The position numbers and the translations under genes are program-made. The notes under the pieces are model-generated. The model did not search any database, was not told the origin of the DNA, and saw only the letters and a list, made by a program, of their open reading frames with translations. DNA of 64,000 nt. Source: Myxococcota bacterium (lineage in GTDB: Bacteria; Myxococcota_A; UBA796; UBA2385). The stretch lies in NCBI GenBank assembly GCA_044344255.1, contig JBIJDH010000020.1, forward strand, positions 32,001 through 96,000. The letters run 5' to 3'. Below, piece after piece: positions 29,389 to 38,400 of the stretch; position 1 is the stretch's first letter, and each line of letters begins with the position of its first letter.

Positions 29389-30030
29389 ATGTCCTCCGAA
29401 GGCCCAATGACCGGCTCATCCTCTCCCGCCGGCTCCCCGTCGATCAACCCCTCCGAGCCGGAGGGGTCCTTCTTCGGCCGCATGGTGCAGGCGGCGCTCA
29501 GCTCCGCCATCCTGGGCATGGTCACGAAGGTGTACGTGCCGGTCCTCTTCCCCCTCACCTTCCTCATCGGCCTCACGGCCCTGTGGATGGACAAGGCGCT
29601 CGGCTTCGGCGACGGCTTCCTGCCCGAGAGCGCCAAGTGGTGGGTCGCCGGGGGCTCCTTCCTGCTCGGCACCTTCCTCTGGCTCTGGACCTACGAGCAG
29701 CTCACCCGCGAGGGCAAGGGCTCGCCCTCCCCCACCGCCGGTCGAACCACGGTGCTCGTCACCACCGGCATCTACGCCCACAGCCGAAACCCATCCCTGT
29801 TCGGCAAGCTGCTCGGCGTGCTGGCCGTGGGGATGGTGATGAACTCCTTCTCCTTCTGCTTCATCCTGATCCCGGCGCTGCTCGTGGGCTCGCTCGTGGA
29901 GAAGGTTTGGCGCCAGGAACCACAGCTCGTCGAGATCTTCGGCGAGGAGTACCTGCGCTACCAAAAAGATGTCCCACTTTTCATTCCCTGGAAGCTCTTC
30001 CTCCCAGGGAAACGTCAGGGTAGCACCTGA
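29389..30030 (+). CDS. PEMT/ICMT-family integral membrane methyltransferase
   Basis: Several TM helices; GKGSPSP..LVTTGIYAHSRNP..G; EPQLVEIFGEEYLRYQKDVPLFIP. Confidence 0.82.
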   Translation: MSSEGPMTGSSSPAGSPSINPSEPEGSFFGRMVQAALSSAILGMVTKVYVPVLFPLTFLIGLTALWMDKALGFGDGFLPESAKWWVAGGSFLLGTFLWLWTYEQLTREGKGSPSPTAGRTTVLVTTGIYAHSRNPSLFGKLLGVLAVGMVMNSFSFCFILIPALLVGSLVEKVWRQEPQLVEIFGEEYLRYQKDVPLFIPWKLFLPGKRQGST

Positions 30031-30079
30031 GGTAGCACTTCCCCTCGCCGAGACCCGGCCGACTCCCGGAGGCCCGACC

Positions 30080-31531
30080 ATGGACGTCACGCTCATCAAT
30101 CCCCCCGAGAAGCTCCGTGTATGGGCGGGGATCCCCAAGGCCCACGCGCACGGCGTGTACTGCTTCCCGCCCCTCGGGCTCATGTACATCCAGGCCGCCG
30201 TGGAGAAGCGCTCCCACTACAAGGCGGAGATCGTCGATCCGGTGATCGATGACCTCGACTACCCCGACTTCGAGCAGATGCTCCGCCGCTATCCGCTCGA
30301 CCTCGTCGGCATCAGCGCCTACACGCACTCGCTGCCCGACGTGCAGATGACGGTGAACCTCGTTCGGAAGATCAACCCGAACGCCAAGATCGTGCTGGGC
30401 GGCCCCCACACGACCATGTTCCCCGAGTACGCCATCCAGCTCCAGGGCATCGACGCCATCACCACCGGCGACGGCGAAGACGCCTTCCTCGACATGGTGA
30501 AGAACCACGACAAGGGCAAGGGCTTCGAGGGCGTCAACGGCATCTGGTGGAAGGAGCGCGACGGCAAGGTCCACAAGGAGAAGGAGCTCCCCTCCACGCG
30601 TGACCTCACCGCCTACCCTTGGCCCGACCGCAGCCGCGTCCGCTACAAGGACTACTACCTGCCGGGCACCAAGCAGCCGATGGTCACCACGGCCATCACG
30701 AGCCGCGGCTGCCCGCACTCCTGCCCGTTCTGCCTCACGTACAAGAAGCAGTACCGCATCCGCGACATCGACAACATCCTCGATGAGATGGAGAACTGCC
30801 TCAGCCTCGGCATCACCGAGGTGCACTTCATCGACGACCTCTTCACGCCCAACAGCCAGTGGGTCTTGAAGTTCTGCGACGCTATCGAGCGCCGCGGCAT
30901 CAAGTTCAACTGGGGCTACAAGACGACCATCGCGGGCACCACCCGCGAGCAGATCCGTCGCTGCTCCGAGACCGGCTGCACGAAGATCCACTTCGGCGTC
31001 GAATCGGCGAACAACGAGGGGCTCGACGTCTGGGGCAAGCACTGCGACACCGACGACGTGCACCGCGTCTTCAAGTGGTGCCGCGAGGAGGGCGTCCGCT
31101 CCGTCGCCTACATCATGCTGGGCGGCCCCCACGAGCGCACCCTCGCCGACGCCGTCAAGAACATCGACGAGATGATCAAGCTGGACGCCGAGTTCGCCGT
31201 CTTCGCCGTCTTCTCGCCCTACCCGGGCACCGAGTCCTTCGCCGATGGCGCCAAGAAGGGCCTCTACGCCTCGGACTGCTGGGACCGGATGATGAAGGAC
31301 CCCCTCTGCGGCGTGGAGGTGCCCGTCTGCTGGGAGGAGCACCTCACCCGCGAAGAGATCCTGGAGCTGCTGAAGATCTCGCACCGCAAGTTCTACATGC
31401 GGCCGAAGTTCATCGCGCGCCAGGTCTTCGGGCTCCAGACGAAGGAGGAGTTCATGCGGCTCGCCCGCGGCGCCCTCTCCATCGCCAAGCTCGAGGTCCT
31501 CCAGTCGAACAGCCGCACCGCGCCGGTCTAG
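30080..31531 (+). CDS. Cobalamin-binding radical SAM protein (1)
   Basis: TLINPP..PPLGL..DLVGIS..GGPH..GDGE B12-binding domain; SRGCPHSCPFC; FIDDLF; FGVES; PYPGT. Confidence 0.93.
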   Translation: MDVTLINPPEKLRVWAGIPKAHAHGVYCFPPLGLMYIQAAVEKRSHYKAEIVDPVIDDLDYPDFEQMLRRYPLDLVGISAYTHSLPDVQMTVNLVRKINPNAKIVLGGPHTTMFPEYAIQLQGIDAITTGDGEDAFLDMVKNHDKGKGFEGVNGIWWKERDGKVHKEKELPSTRDLTAYPWPDRSRVRYKDYYLPGTKQPMVTTAITSRGCPHSCPFCLTYKKQYRIRDIDNILDEMENCLSLGITEVHFIDDLFTPNSQWVLKFCDAIERRGIKFNWGYKTTIAGTTREQIRRCSETGCTKIHFGVESANNEGLDVWGKHCDTDDVHRVFKWCREEGVRSVAYIMLGGPHERTLADAVKNIDEMIKLDAEFAVFAVFSPYPGTESFADGAKKGLYASDCWDRMMKDPLCGVEVPVCWEEHLTREEILELLKISHRKFYMRPKFIARQVFGLQTKEEFMRLARGALSIAKLEVLQSNSRTAPV

Positions 31532-31536
31532 GCGAG

Positions 31537-31824
31537 TTGCGACGATCGGCCCTCGCCCTGCTCTTCATCCTCCTCCCGGTCGCCCGGGCGGAGGATGTCG
31601 GCGTCGACGAGGCCGCCGAGGAGGCCTGGCTGCTGCGGAGCTCCCGCATGGAGGGCGCTTCGGCGGGCGTCACAGAGGCCGCCAGCGCGCTCGAGGAGGC
31701 CGCCGACCGCGTGGCGAAGAGCGGCCGCCTCCAGGCCCTCTCCGAGCTCCGCGGCTTGGGCAACCAGCTCAACCGTCAGGTGGCCTCGGCCCGCCTGGCG
31801 GCGGAGGTCCTGGACCAGCCCTGA
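31537..31824 (+). CDS. Small secreted helical hypothetical protein
   Basis: TTG 31537; MRRSALALLFILLPVARA signal peptide; coiled-coil-like remainder. Confidence 0.55.
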   Translation: MRRSALALLFILLPVARAEDVGVDEAAEEAWLLRSSRMEGASAGVTEAASALEEAADRVAKSGRLQALSELRGLGNQLNRQVASARLAAEVLDQP

Positions 31825-31956
31825 TCCCCCGCAGTCGAGGGGCCGGTTTGACCCCTCCCACCGTTGGGGTAAGGCCGCCCGAGGAGCCCTCCGGCACGAT
31901 ATGCGGCCGCAGGGCACGATCCATCATCGAAAGCCCCTTCGAGAAGAGGTGACTCC

Positions 31957-33360
31957 ATGCGCGTGATGCTCATTCGGCCCCCGGCCCGTCACACCGTGGA
32001 GAGCGAGGTCCCCGAGGCGGTCGCCGCGGAGAACCTGTCTTATCCGCCGCTCTCCCTCCTCTCGATCGCGCAATTTCTCCTCACGCACAGCCAGCATGAG
32101 GTGAAGATCCTCGACGCCCAGCTCGATGACCTCTCCTACGAGGTGCTCGAGCAGAAGGTGCGCGAGTTCGGTCCCGACGTGGTGGGCATCACCGCCTTCA
32201 CGGTGCAGCTCGTGGACGTGCACTCCACGATCCAGACCTGCAAGAAGGCCGGCGTCAAGCGGGTGATCGTCGGCGGCCCCCACGTCAACGACTTCCCCCA
32301 GGAGTGCCGCAACCTCCCGGGCGTGGACGCCGTGGTCAAGGGCGAGGGCCAACAGCCGATGCTCGACCTCGTCAACGCTTGGGCCGAGGGCCGCGAGGTC
32401 AAGGGCATGCCCGGGGTGATGGCCCACGCCGACGACCCCGTCCCCGCCGAGGATGTCTACTTCTCCAACGACCTCGACGACTACCCGATCCTCGACCGCA
32501 CCCTCATCGAGTACGAGCGCTACTACGACGTGATGGGCAAGGGCGGGATCTTCACCACGATGATCTCGAGCCGCGGCTGCCCCTACCGCTGCACCTTCTG
32601 CAACACCCCCCGTCACCGCTACCGGGTGGCGACGCCCGCGCGGGTCTGCGACGAGATCGAGAACTGCATCAAGCTCGGGATCAAGGAGGTGTACTTCGTC
32701 GATGACACCTTCAACATCACGAACAAGCGCGTGCACGAGCTCTGCGACGAGATCATCGCCCGCGGCCTCGTCTTCACCTGGACGGTCCGCTTCCGCGTGA
32801 AGGGCGTCGATCGCCCGCTGCTCGAGAAGATGAAGGCCGCCGGCTGCCATCGCATCCAGTTCGGCGTCGAGCAGGGCACCGAAGAGGGCCTCCTCCGGCT
32901 GAAGAAGGACGTCACGAGCCGCGAGATCGAGCACGCCTTCAAGCTCTGCCGCGAGGTGGGCATCAACACCGTCGCCTACTTCATGATCGGCACGCCGGTG
33001 GAGCGCACCCGCCAGGACGTGCTCGACACCATCGACTACAGCATCCGGCTCAACCCCGACTTCGTGATGTACAACATCCTCACGCCCTTCCCCGGCACCA
33101 CCCTCTACGACGAGGGGCAGCGGGACGGCGTGCTCGACGTGGACCCCTGGTTCCGCTTCATGCGGGAGCCCACCGAGGAGTTCAAGGCGCAGGTCTGGGA
33201 CGAGTACTTCACCCGCGATGAGCTGCGCGACCTGCTGAACATCGCCTACCGGCGCTTTTACTGGCGGCCGGCCTTCGTGGCGCGCAACATCCTCCAGATG
33301 CGCAACCTGAACGACTTCAAGCGAAAGGCCACCGCCGGCATCCGCCTCCTCACCGGCTGA
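31957..33360 (+). CDS. Cobalamin-binding radical SAM protein (2)
   Basis: LIRPP..YPPLSL..DVVGIT..GGPH..GEGQ; SRGCPYRCTFC; FVDDTF; FGVEQ; PFPGT. Confidence 0.93.
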   Translation: MRVMLIRPPARHTVESEVPEAVAAENLSYPPLSLLSIAQFLLTHSQHEVKILDAQLDDLSYEVLEQKVREFGPDVVGITAFTVQLVDVHSTIQTCKKAGVKRVIVGGPHVNDFPQECRNLPGVDAVVKGEGQQPMLDLVNAWAEGREVKGMPGVMAHADDPVPAEDVYFSNDLDDYPILDRTLIEYERYYDVMGKGGIFTTMISSRGCPYRCTFCNTPRHRYRVATPARVCDEIENCIKLGIKEVYFVDDTFNITNKRVHELCDEIIARGLVFTWTVRFRVKGVDRPLLEKMKAAGCHRIQFGVEQGTEEGLLRLKKDVTSREIEHAFKLCREVGINTVAYFMIGTPVERTRQDVLDTIDYSIRLNPDFVMYNILTPFPGTTLYDEGQRDGVLDVDPWFRFMREPTEEFKAQVWDEYFTRDELRDLLNIAYRRFYWRPAFVARNILQMRNLNDFKRKATAGIRLLTG

Positions 33361-33428
33361 GGTCGCCGCCCCCCGGCTTGGCCCCCCCGGCTTGACCCCC
33401 CTCGGGCAACCACCGACACGAGACTCCG

Positions 33429-35039
33429 ATGCAGCAGGACACCGCGAATCACAGCACCGCTCCGGCGAAGCCCAGCGAGGCCACGTCGGCGCCGAAGCGC
33501 CCCTTCACCGTCGTGCTGATGACGATCTACAGCGTCGAGAACGCGGGCATCCGCTACGTCTCGGCGGCGCTGCAGCGCGAGGGCATCGAGACCCACATCG
33601 TCTTCCTCCGGGACTGGGTGCACAACCGCCTGTCGATGCCCTCGGACCGCGAGTTCCAGATGGTGCTCGACGTGATCCGCGAGAAGAAGGCCGACCTCGT
33701 GGGCCTGGGCTTCATGTCCAGCCTGCTGCCGATGGCCCAGGAGGCCACCCGTCGGATCAAGGCGGCCTTCCCGAGCACGCCGATCGTGTGGGGGGGCATC
33801 CACCCCACCTCGTCGCCCGACGAGTGTATCCAAGAGGTAGACTACGTCTGCCAGGGTGAAGGGGAGATCGCGGCGATCGACCTCTGTAACGCCCTCCGCT
33901 CGGGCGGCGACACCACCCAGATCCCCAACATCTGGGCCAACAAGAATGGGCAGGTCTTCAAGAACCCGCCCCGTCCCCTCATCCAAGACCTCGACTGGCT
34001 GCCGTACCCCGACACCCGCGACGACAACAAGTACTACATCGAGAAGGACAAGGTGATGGTAGAGGAGCCGTGGAAGCGCACGGCCGAGTACCGCATCTAC
34101 TTCTCCCGCGGCTGCCCGTACAACTGCTCCTACTGTTACGTCTCGATCCTCCGCGACGTCTACAACGAGAAGGGCCGCAAGTTCTATCGGGCCCGGTCGG
34201 TCGAGCACATCCTCGGGGAGCTCGAGCACATCCAGAAGACCTTCCCCAAGGTCGCCCGCATCAAGATCGACGACGACACGAGCTTCGCCTTCGGCGACGA
34301 GTGGATGGAGGAGTTCCTCGCCAAATACCCGAGCCGGGTCGGGGTGCCCTTCGAGTGCCTCCTGATCCCGCCGATGATGCGCCCCGACATGCTGAAGAAG
34401 CTGATGGCAGCGGGCCTCGTGCGCGTACAGACGGGCATCGAGAGCGGCTCCTCCAAGGAGTCGAAGGAGATGCACAACCGCTCTCCGGGCAACACGGCGA
34501 TCATGAAGTTCGCCGAGGCCAACAAGGAGATGAAGCTGAACGTCGTCTATGACGTGATCGTGGACAATCCCTACGCCACCGAAGAGATGAAGCTCGAGAC
34601 CGCCGAGTTCCTCCTCGACCTGCCCACGCCCTACGACATCTACTTCTACAGCCTCAACTACTTCCCCGGCACGGCCCTCACCAAGAAGGGCCTCGAGGAC
34701 GGCACCCTCGACCCCAACCTCGTCGAGGGCAAGAACACGAAGGCCTGGTACCAGTTCCGCGTGTCGATGGACTGGCCGCGCTCGGATGAAGACCGCTTCT
34801 ACCTGGCGATCTACAGCCTGGCGTCCAAGAGCTTCGTGCCCCGCTCCTTCATCCGCAAGCTGCTCGACGAGCGCGAACACTGGAAGAAGAAGGAGAACAT
34901 CGACCGCGTCTTCAACCTCGCCTGGGCGAGCAACTACGCGAAGATGGCCTACGTGGGCATGCGCTACTGGAAGAACGGCGAGCTGACCTGGTTCAAGCTC
35001 CGCCAGTACGGCTCCCTCACCAAGATGATCAGCCAGTAG
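33429..35039 (+). CDS. Cobalamin-binding radical SAM protein (3)
   Basis: GIRYVSA..DLVGLG..WGGIHPT..GEGE; SRGCPYNCSYC; IDDD; TGIESG; YFPGT. Confidence 0.92.
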   Translation: MQQDTANHSTAPAKPSEATSAPKRPFTVVLMTIYSVENAGIRYVSAALQREGIETHIVFLRDWVHNRLSMPSDREFQMVLDVIREKKADLVGLGFMSSLLPMAQEATRRIKAAFPSTPIVWGGIHPTSSPDECIQEVDYVCQGEGEIAAIDLCNALRSGGDTTQIPNIWANKNGQVFKNPPRPLIQDLDWLPYPDTRDDNKYYIEKDKVMVEEPWKRTAEYRIYFSRGCPYNCSYCYVSILRDVYNEKGRKFYRARSVEHILGELEHIQKTFPKVARIKIDDDTSFAFGDEWMEEFLAKYPSRVGVPFECLLIPPMMRPDMLKKLMAAGLVRVQTGIESGSSKESKEMHNRSPGNTAIMKFAEANKEMKLNVVYDVIVDNPYATEEMKLETAEFLLDLPTPYDIYFYSLNYFPGTALTKKGLEDGTLDPNLVEGKNTKAWYQFRVSMDWPRSDEDRFYLAIYSLASKSFVPRSFIRKLLDEREHWKKKENIDRVFNLAWASNYAKMAYVGMRYWKNGELTWFKLRQYGSLTKMISQ

Positions 35040-35048
35040 GAGGGGCCC

Positions 35049-35354
35049 ATGGGACTGCTCGGCAAGGTCCGCTCCGGACTGCACAAGGTGAAGGAGGGCA
35101 TCAAGGCGGTGCGGGAGGAGGCCAACCACCCCGGTCGGCCCCCGGCGCACAAGGCCTCCGACAACCCGCTCTGGACCCCGCCTGCCCCCGCGGCGCCGGC
35201 GCCCGTGAGCGCCCCCGCGGCGGAGGGGAAGGCGGCCACCGACCGCCCGTGGTTCCTCGACGGCAGCGAGGGCACCGAGGGCTGGGACCAGACCAACCCC
35301 TCCGACGAATGGCGCGAGATCCACGAGGGCAAGCCCGAGGGCAAGAAGGCCTGA
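35049..35354 (+). CDS. Small hypothetical protein
   Basis: AGGAGG SD at 35038-35043; starts 9 nt after radical SAM gene 3; 101 aa. Confidence 0.7.
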   Translation: MGLLGKVRSGLHKVKEGIKAVREEANHPGRPPAHKASDNPLWTPPAPAAPAPVSAPAAEGKAATDRPWFLDGSEGTEGWDQTNPSDEWREIHEGKPEGKKA

Positions 35355-35470
35355 GCGGCGTCGAGCGGTGATGAGCGGCGGCGGCCCAGGAGAGTGGGCG
35401 GTCCCCCCTCCGCTTCGCGAGCGCCTCCGCGCGGGCTCTGGTAGAGTGGGCGCTCCAGAGGAGGCCCCCG

Positions 35471-38400
35471 ATGACCCTGTTGCTCGCCCTGATCTCGCCC
35501 TCGTTCGCCGCCACCTTGGCGGTGAACGCGACCAGCGGCCCCTACTACACCATCAGCAGCGCCATCACCGCCGCCTCCAGCGGCGACACCATCCAGGTGG
35601 CCCCGGGCACCTATGCCCAGTGCCTCGACCTCGGGGGGAAGAACCTCACCTTCATCGGCACCGGCGGCAGCGCCGTCACCACGCTCAAGGGCTCCTCGAC
35701 CTGCGCCACGGGCGGCGTCAACATCGACAGCAGCGAGACGGCGAGCTTCACGGGCTTCACGATCACGAACCCGAGCTATCGCGCCATCTACGCGGTCAAC
35801 GCCAACCTGACCTTCACCGACGTGATCCTCAGCGGCTCCGGCTCCACCTCCTACAACGGCGGCGGCCTCTATCAGAGCGGCGGCAGCACCACGTTCACGA
35901 ACAGCCAGATCAAGAACAACAACGGCTACTACGGCGGCGGGCTCTACCTCACCGGGCACGGGACGCTGAACCTCACGGACACGACCGTCTCGGGCAACTA
36001 CGCCTACTACGGCGGCGGCGTCTACGTTGAGTACTCGAGCAGCGCCGGCTCCTCCGCCCTCAACGTGGACGGGACCACCTTCTCGTCCAACTACACGTCC
36101 TACAGCGGCGGCGCGGTCTATCTCAGCACGTCGGCCACGCTCACCAGCACCGACTCAGCCTACACGAGCAACTACGGCTACTACACGCACGGCGCCGCGA
36201 TCTACGCCTACACTGGCGCCACGATCCACAGCACGGGTGACGCCTTCACCGGCAACGCCTCGCTCTATTACACCTCCGGCTACACCGGCGGCGCCATCTA
36301 CCTCTATGGCTCGAACACGCTGGTGGCCGAAGGTGACACCTTCACTTCGAACACGGCCTACAACGGCGGCGCGATCTACGCCTACAATTACTCGGACGTC
36401 ACGGTCAGCGACACGGAGTTCACGAGCAACACGGCGTACTACCACGGCGGCGCGATCTACGCCGACTACTACGTCGACCTCGACATCACCGGCGCCACAT
36501 TCACGTCGAACAAGGGCAGCAACGGCTACGGCGGGGCGATCTACAACTATCGTTACGGCAGCCTCACCGTAGACACCGCCACCTTCTCGAACAGCAGCGC
36601 CTACTACAGCGGCGGCGCGGTCTACCTGAACACCGGCGTCGACAGCGCCTTCACCGACACGCTGTTCACCGGGAACTCGGCGCTCAACGGCTCCGGCGGC
36701 GCGATCTACGACTACTACTACGCCGACCTCTCGCTGACGGGCACCGACTTCACCAGCAACACCGCATACAGCGATGGCGGCGCCATTTACATGGAGGCCC
36801 TCATCAGCAGCGTGCCGATCACGGACGCCGTCTTCACCTCCAACACCGCCTATCGCGGGTACGGCGGCGCGGTCTACAACTACAATCAGACCGACGTCGA
36901 CATCGCGACGGCCACCTTTGTCGGCAATACGGCCTACTATTCGGGCGGCGCGCTCTATCAGTATTACTACTCGGATCTCAGCGTCGCCGACGCCGCCTTC
37001 TCGACGAACACCTCGACCTACGGGCACGGCGGCGCGATCTACTTCTATCCCTATGCGAGCGGGGTCGGGAGCCTCGACATCAGCGCCTCGACCTTCGACG
37101 ACAGCAACGCCTACTACAACGGCGGCGCGATCTACGCCTATGCGGTCAACGACTTCTCGCTGACCGACTCTGAGCTGGATGACAACGACGCCAACACGGT
37201 GGGCAGCAGCTACTCGGGCGGCGCGCTCTATCTCTACAGCTCCAAGACCACGACGCTCGCCAACAACCTCTTCTGTGACAACTCGGCCTACTACGGCGGC
37301 GGTGTCTGGACCTACTACAGCTACGGCGGCGCTGGCACCGACACCTGGACGAACAACCTGTTCATCGACAACTCGGCCACCCACTCGGGCGGCGCGGTCT
37401 ACGAGAACACGAACTACTACGCCAGCCGCGTGAACAACACCTTCGCCGGCAACGCCGCCACCTACTACGGCGGCACCGTCTACGCCTACTACGCCTACAT
37501 CTCGTTCATCAACAACATCGTGGCCTACACCACGTCGGGGAACGGGGTCTATGGTTACGACAGCAATTCGAGCACCTACTCGAACTTCCTCTACAATGAC
37601 TGGTATGTGAACAGCGCGGCCGACCGGGCGGGGACCTTCAGCTTCTCCACCTCGGGGAACGGTAACATCACGAGCGCCCCCGGCTTTACGAAGTACAGCG
37701 CCGACGGTAACTGCGCGAACGACGACTTCACGCTCAAGGCCGGCTCGGCCACCATCGACGCCGGCTACCCCGGCTACTCCGACCCCGACGGCTCGGCGAG
37801 CGACATGGGCGCCTACGGCGGGTCCGGCAGCTCGCTCACCGACGCCGATCACGACGGGGTCTACAGCACCTCGGACTGCGACGACGGAGACGCGAGCGTC
37901 TTCCCGGGGGCCACGGAGGCCTGCAACGGTAAGGACGACGACTGCGACGGCGCCACCGACGAGGCGGGCTCGACCGGCGAGAGCACCTGGTACCGGGACG
38001 CCGACACCGACGCCTACGGCAACCCCCTCGTGAGCGTGTCTGCCTGTGACCAGCCCTCGGGCTACGTCGCCGACAACACAGACTGCGACGACACGAGCGC
38101 CGCCGAGCACCCGGGCGCCACCGAGGTCCCCTACGACGGCATCGACCAGGACTGCTCCGGCGCCGACCTCACCGACGTCGACGGCGACGGCTACCCCGGC
38201 GGCACGAGCGGCACCGACTGTGACGACGGCAACGGCGCCGTCCACCCGGGGGCCTCCGAGTCCTGGTACGACGGCGTCGACGCCGACTGCTCCGGCGGCA
38301 GCGACTACGACCAGGACGGCGACGGGCAGGACGCGAGCGCCTACGGCGGCACGGACTGCCTCGACACCGACGCCGCGATCTACACCGGCGCCACCGAGGT

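Noticed and set aside
31825..31956. Intergenic region before radical SAM gene 2 as a possible cobalamin riboswitch
   Set aside because: Short, and I could not identify the conserved B12-box elements; it contains only a weak promoter-like TTGACC..TAAGGC. An Rfam scan would be decisive.
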